Below are positions 59,643 through 64,000 of a stretch of 64,000 nt of DNA, piece after piece. The DNA lies in contig JBBRAE010000003.1 of the NCBI GenBank assembly GCA_038207085.1, forward strand, positions 32,001-96,000, given 5' to 3'. Numbering within the stretch: position 1 is the first letter of the stretch; every line of letters starts with the position of its first letter. Both the position numbers and the translations under genes were made by a program. The notes beneath the pieces were generated by a model. That model was not told where the DNA came from. It saw only the letters and a program-made list of their open reading frames with translations, and ran no database searches. This stretch comes from Armatimonadota bacterium (GTDB lineage: Bacteria; Armatimonadota; UBA5829; DTLH01).

Positions 59643-60047
59643 GTGTATAACAAAATCCTGGTGGCGCTCGACGCTTCACCGGCTGACGGCGCGATAATCG
59701 AGCACATCTCAGAGCTTGCGCCGATCCACCACTCGCGTGTCATACTGATTAGGGTGGCCCACGCGCACACCCGCGACCAGATGACGCATGAGTCCGAAGA
59801 GTCCGAGGAGTATGTTAGCGATGTCGCCCGGCAGTTCGCTGAGCAGGGGATCGAGGCCGAGCAGGTGGTAGTCTATGGGGAACCCGCAGAGGAGATTATG
59901 AAGTTCGCGATAGCCCGAAACGTCGACCTTATCGCGATGTCAACCCACGGCCACCGGGGGATCTATGACCTCGTATTCGGAAGCGTCTCAGACGAAGTCC
60001 GCCACGGGGTCACGATCCCAGTGCTGCTTGTGCGCTCCAAGGCTTAG
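59643..60047 (+). CDS. Universal stress protein
   Basis: YNKILVALD, GEPAEEI, DLIAMSTHGH, FGSVSDEV, IPVLLV. Confidence 0.92.
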   Translation: MYNKILVALDASPADGAIIEHISELAPIHHSRVILIRVAHAHTRDQMTHESEESEEYVSDVARQFAEQGIEAEQVVVYGEPAEEIMKFAIARNVDLIAMSTHGHRGIYDLVFGSVSDEVRHGVTIPVLLVRSKA

Positions 60048-60083
60048 GCCAGCGGAGAGACTGCTCCCCGCCGGTCAAAAACG

Positions 60084-60809
60084 CTATATCTTTTTTTTCT
60101 TGTAGAGCTCTCTTGTCCGTGGGAGCTCGTCCATCCCGCCGGGGAGGTTTGCGCTCATGAAGACGGTGGGAGGGTTCCCCGCAGCCGCCATCTGGGCGCA
60201 CATCTCAGCGGTCATTGCCCAAAGGGTTGAGGCTGCGCTGATACCCGAGCTTGGGCAGACTTTGCGGTCCATGCCGGGAATCGCCATCAGGGCGTCGCCA
60301 GCGACCACGTGGGTGTCGAGCACAATGTCGGCGACCTCGAAAAGTCGCTTTTTTGTGGGATGCTCCGACTCGGCTAGACTTGCCTGCTGAACACCGGTGA
60401 GCGCGATCACGGTGACGCCCATAGCCTGGGCCTGGAGCGCGACCTCGACTGAGTCGAACGCTCTTCCCGAGACCGAACCGACAATCAAGACGTCGCCGGG
60501 GCGGATGCTGCTTCGCTTAAGGGCGAGAGCGACCACATCGGAGCCGGGTTTGGCTCTTAGCTGCCTGTCCTCGCGCAGGTTGAAGCTCTGCACGTTCATG
60601 TTGAAGCTGAAGGGAGTGAACCCGACGAGCCCACCGGCCCTATCGCTAAACTCCTTGGTGATCATATGCCCGGTGTCGTAGAGATGGATGACGCCCTGTG
60701 AGGCAAGCGAGCTTGCACAGGCAGTCGCCGCTTTGGCGATGCTCCCGGACTCCTCGCGGCGAATCTCTTCAATCTGCGCAATCAGCGCGTCGAAATACGA
60801 ATCGATCAT
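60084..60809 (-). CDS. SIS-domain sugar isomerase family protein
   Basis: YDTGH, RAGGL, GDVLIVGSVSG, KRLFEVADIVLD. Confidence 0.85.
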   Translation of the reverse strand: MIDSYFDALIAQIEEIRREESGSIAKAATACASSLASQGVIHLYDTGHMITKEFSDRAGGLVGFTPFSFNMNVQSFNLREDRQLRAKPGSDVVALALKRSSIRPGDVLIVGSVSGRAFDSVEVALQAQAMGVTVIALTGVQQASLAESEHPTKKRLFEVADIVLDTHVVAGDALMAIPGMDRKVCPSSGISAASTLWAMTAEMCAQMAAAGNPPTVFMSANLPGGMDELPRTRELYKKKKI

Positions 60810-61729
60810 GATAAAAACCTTTCATTTGTGAGATGCGCGACGGCAACGCCTGCGCCCATCTGTGGTAAACGAAACTCTGCCATTGGAAACTCAGCACGCA
60901 CTACCCGCTCAAGCGTCTCGGTGATAAACGCGCCCGCGCTGAACACCCCGCCGGAATAGGCGACGACAAACTGATCGTCAGCAGAGAACACTCTGCGGGC
61001 TATGTGAAGCGTGTCCTCACCCAGGCTCTTCCCGGCATCTGCGAGGATCCTAAGGGCGACGGAGTCGCCATCCACTGCGGCCTGTCCGACCACCCTCGCA
61101 AGCCCTGCGATCTCTCGCTGACGAAGCGACGGCTGGCAGTATTTGGAAAGAATATGCCAAAAATATGTGCTGCCGGTCTGTTCAAGAAGTCGCTCAACGA
61201 GAACCGTCTTCGGCCCTCTGCCGTCGTGCGCTCTGCCTGCGGCCTTGATCGCATTCAATCCTATATCAAAGGCGCTTCCCTCGTCGCCGACCCCCGCGCC
61301 CCAACCGCCGAGATTGTCACACTCGCGCTGACCGTCGAAGTATCTGAACCCGGAGCCGGTGCCCGAGATCACGGCTATTCCGCGCATGCCCCATGCGCCG
61401 ACCCGACGAAATGCAACCATAGTCTCGCTGAACGTGTAATACGGCCCGCTGTAGCCCTGTTCGGCGAGGATCGCCTTCATCTTATGCCATCCGTGGTGAA
61501 GGCAGCTGCCCACTGCTGCGACCTCATCGAAACACGAACAACTGCTGCATACCCCTGCAAATGCATCGTGAACAGACTGATTTGCGACATCCGCCCCGGC
61601 ATAGGTGGCGTTCACTGAGCCGCCGATCCCTGTCCCGACTATGTTGCGCTCACTGTCGAGCAGCACTGCCTCGGTTTTGGTCCCACCGCCGTCTATTCCA
61701 ATTACGTAAAACTTATTTTGTGCGTCCAT
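60806..61729 (-). CDS. BadF/BadG/BcrA/BcrD-family sugar kinase (N-acetylglucosamine kinase-like)
   Basis: GIDGGGTKT, ISGTGS, GGWGAGVGDEGSAF. Confidence 0.88.
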   Translation of the reverse strand: MDAQNKFYVIGIDGGGTKTEAVLLDSERNIVGTGIGGSVNATYAGADVANQSVHDAFAGVCSSCSCFDEVAAVGSCLHHGWHKMKAILAEQGYSGPYYTFSETMVAFRRVGAWGMRGIAVISGTGSGFRYFDGQRECDNLGGWGAGVGDEGSAFDIGLNAIKAAGRAHDGRGPKTVLVERLLEQTGSTYFWHILSKYCQPSLRQREIAGLARVVGQAAVDGDSVALRILADAGKSLGEDTLHIARRVFSADDQFVVAYSGGVFSAGAFITETLERVVRAEFPMAEFRLPQMGAGVAVAHLTNERFLS

Positions 61730-61840
61730 AGTATAACCCAATCTTCAGTTGTAACAGACAGGGTTAACGTAACTCATATCGGGTATGGATGTCAAGGCAA
61801 AATGGTGGGTTCGGAAAAATTGGTCACAAAATGTGAGATA

Positions 61841-61888
61841 CCCCTCACCCCGGCCTTCTCCCTCTTATGGGAAAGCTGGTATGAGGGG
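61841..61888. repeat. REP-like palindrome family A, copy 3 (degenerate)
   Basis: CCCCTCACCCCGGCCTTCTCCCTCTTATGGGAAAGCTGGTATGAGGGG. Confidence 0.7.
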
Positions 61889-61893
61889 TGTTA

Positions 61894-63024
61894 TCATGCA
61901 GACTCTGCTTCGCGCCGGTTTACCTGGACCATTTTGGAGATCATCCAGGCGACCACGGCGACGCCAAAGACGAAGATCAGCAGGAAAGTGATGAGCACGC
62001 TCCACTGAACGCTCACAGGTCGTGCTGCAAGGTCCGTAAAGCGTCCGAGCTCGATGTTCTGCACCCACTGGCGGCTGATGGCGTTTAAGGCGATCACGCC
62101 GAACTGAGCGACCCCCAGAAGCGCCGCAAGAGCCCGCTTGGGCTGCTTCCACTGAAATAGAATCAAGAGCCACGGCAGACCGGGCGATACGGCTGTAAGC
62201 AGGAAGACGAACTTCATCACCGGGTGCGCCATAGCCATCCCCCACTCCACCGAGCGAGTGCCGAAGATATACCAGCTGCCAAAACCCGCGAACCAAAGCA
62301 GGCCGAGAGTGTAGAGGCCAAAGGCGAACCTACCGGCGTAGCGTTTGTAATCGTCGCCGTCACGATCAGACATGAAAGCTGCATCGATTGCGATAAACGC
62401 CGCCGTCGAGGTCAGGGCAAGCCCGAACATGAAGAGCCAGCGCGGGATTAGAGTCGGGTCGCCTGTATTCAAGGCAGCTCCGGTCGCCGCGCCCGCAGTC
62501 TCGGCTCCACGGAAGATGCTCCACCAGCCGCCGACGTTGGTCATCAGGCTGAGCGCGTTTGCAAAGATGAAGCCTACCACAATAAAGGCAAACGCCGCGA
62601 ACCATCCGCCAAGTTTCCCGAGCAGCACCGGTCCGCGATCATAGATCGCCAGGCGGTAGAGATACGCGCCGAAGTAGGCAACCGTCACAAGCCAGAACAC
62701 GGCAAACCACGGCCACGCCATAAGAATCGTCGCAGGGTAGAAGAACTGGTGATATGCAACCTGCACGAAAAGCAGCGGGATGATCCCGAAGTTCACGCCA
62801 AAGGCGATCGCGAACGGAAGCGCGCGGGCGATGTGCTTGCCGACGGTGCGACCGTTGTCTTTACCTAGCACGCCAAGAAGAACGGCGACAATCGTGCCTG
62901 CGTACCAGAGGTTCATCGGCCACACGTGAAGCGCAAAGCCCAGCACCTTGAAAAGTTCAATGAACCAGAACGGTGTCGGATATGGCGCGGCGCTCGGAGG
63001 CGCAATAAGCAGTCTTGGGTCCAT
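61894..63024 (-). CDS. Polytopic membrane protein, probable CydA-like second subunit partnering the cytochrome c-fused CydA-like protein
   Basis: FALHVWPMN, AFGVNFGIIPLLFVQVAY, PTLIPRWL; translationally coupled to the upstream gene. Confidence 0.6.
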   Translation of the reverse strand: MDPRLLIAPPSAAPYPTPFWFIELFKVLGFALHVWPMNLWYAGTIVAVLLGVLGKDNGRTVGKHIARALPFAIAFGVNFGIIPLLFVQVAYHQFFYPATILMAWPWFAVFWLVTVAYFGAYLYRLAIYDRGPVLLGKLGGWFAAFAFIVVGFIFANALSLMTNVGGWWSIFRGAETAGAATGAALNTGDPTLIPRWLFMFGLALTSTAAFIAIDAAFMSDRDGDDYKRYAGRFAFGLYTLGLLWFAGFGSWYIFGTRSVEWGMAMAHPVMKFVFLLTAVSPGLPWLLILFQWKQPKRALAALLGVAQFGVIALNAISRQWVQNIELGRFTDLAARPVSVQWSVLITFLLIFVFGVAVVAWMISKMVQVNRREAESA

Positions 63025-64000
63025 TATCTAGCTCCCTCCTGCACCAACGCGGGATGAAGATTCGGCGGGTATGGATGGCGAATCGACATAATATAGTCCG
63101 AAAGCACCTCCGCCTCCTCCGGTGTCCCCGACCACGGCGGCATAAAGAAATGAACCTTGTCCAGGTTCTTTACGCTCATCAGGACAAGCTCCCTGTTCCA
63201 TCCACGGGCAAGCTGAGAGACCGATGAGAAGCCCTCGACTGAGTGACAGTCGCCACAGTGATATTGGAATATCACCCGTCCCACCTCCGCGCGCTTATCG
63301 GGAGAGAGTGTGAGAAGCTTCGCCGAGTCGATTTTGCCGTCCGTAACGGTCTCTGGGTATTTGTCGGCCACGTAGGCATGCGTCCAGCGTCCGCCTTCGA
63401 GATACCCCGTCTTGCGAAGCTCGGGGATCTCCTGGGGCCTGATCTGGCTTCCAAGGACGCGACCGTAGACGATGTAGGGCTTTCTCACGCCCTCACGGAT
63501 GAACTCACCCGCGCCGGTCGCCGCAAGGCCGAGCCCAAAGAACAGAATCGCAAAGCCGGGGTTGAGCCACGCGGGGTTCCTGATCGGGCCAAGATACATC
63601 ATCACGACAACACCTGTGGTGAGCGCAAATATGATCATCATCAGGATGTTTAGCACCGCCGCGCCGACAAGCGCAGCGTTGCCGCTCGGCGGAAGGAATG
63701 CAAGCCATGCGAAGCCGCCGACGATCGTAAGCGCCGCCCCGAGCATCGCCCACTTCGCGCTCTGCTTGCCGACACGCTCGCGCAGCCGGTCGTTGTCCTT
63801 GATGCGAAGAGTCGAGTGAAGGAAAAAGTAGAGCGCGCCGAGCAGGAGCGACCCGCCGGTCCGTGAGGCGATCTGGGGAAACGCCTGAGGGTTCATCCAC
63901 GCCTTCCAGAAGCTCTGACCGTCCTGCCACGTGCCGGGGTTCAGCTGAAACGCGGTGATCCCGGTGATAATGACAAGGCTTGCAAACGCCGCACCGGCAT
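63024..64000 (-). CDS. Cytochrome bd subunit I-like (CydA-like) membrane protein with a C-terminal cytochrome c domain, 5'-truncated by the window edge
   Basis: Frame is open to the edge (...SLVIITGITAFQLNPGTW...FWKAWMNP); EFIREGVRKPY; CGDCH heme motif with distal FMPP. Confidence 0.75.
   Translation of the reverse strand, partial: AGAAFASLVIITGITAFQLNPGTWQDGQSFWKAWMNPQAFPQIASRTGGSLLLGALYFFLHSTLRIKDNDRLRERVGKQSAKWAMLGAALTIVGGFAWLAFLPPSGNAALVGAAVLNILMMIIFALTTGVVVMMYLGPIRNPAWLNPGFAILFFGLGLAATGAGEFIREGVRKPYIVYGRVLGSQIRPQEIPELRKTGYLEGGRWTHAYVADKYPETVTDGKIDSAKLLTLSPDKRAEVGRVIFQYHCGDCHSVEGFSSVSQLARGWNRELVLMSVKNLDKVHFFMPPWSGTPEEAEVLSDYIMSIRHPYPPNLHPALVQEGAR

Overview
This is a GC-rich bacterial chromosomal window. 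Its gene architectures (SBP-permease fusion, PAS-GAF-RsbT-like sensor, large secreted GH123/DUF4091-type proteins) suggest Armatimonadota or a similar lineage; this is an inference. From left to right it contains: two large secreted modular proteins; a ~17.7-kb Wzx/Wzy polysaccharide locus with three tandem FemAB/GNAT-like paralogues; and a gene split by the ORF track that reads through an in-frame TGA as a secreted CxU selenoprotein (UshA-like fold fused to a tetraheme cytochrome c, with an fdhF-like SECIS hairpin and its own sigma70 promoter). These are followed by nadE, a wzm-wzt-aroQ-Xaa-Pro peptidase operon, a multi-PAS sensor, rodA, an M16 peptidase pair, a DUF3494 ice-binding-like adhesin, GH65, a TMEM260/DUF2723 glycosyltransferase, mntH-usp, amino-sugar kinase/SIS genes and a cytochrome c-fused CydA-like pair that runs off the right edge. 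Intergenic regions carry several families of small palindromic repeats, some nested. I saw no rRNA, tRNA, CRISPR array or transposase. All family calls come from motif recognition by eye, not from database searches.
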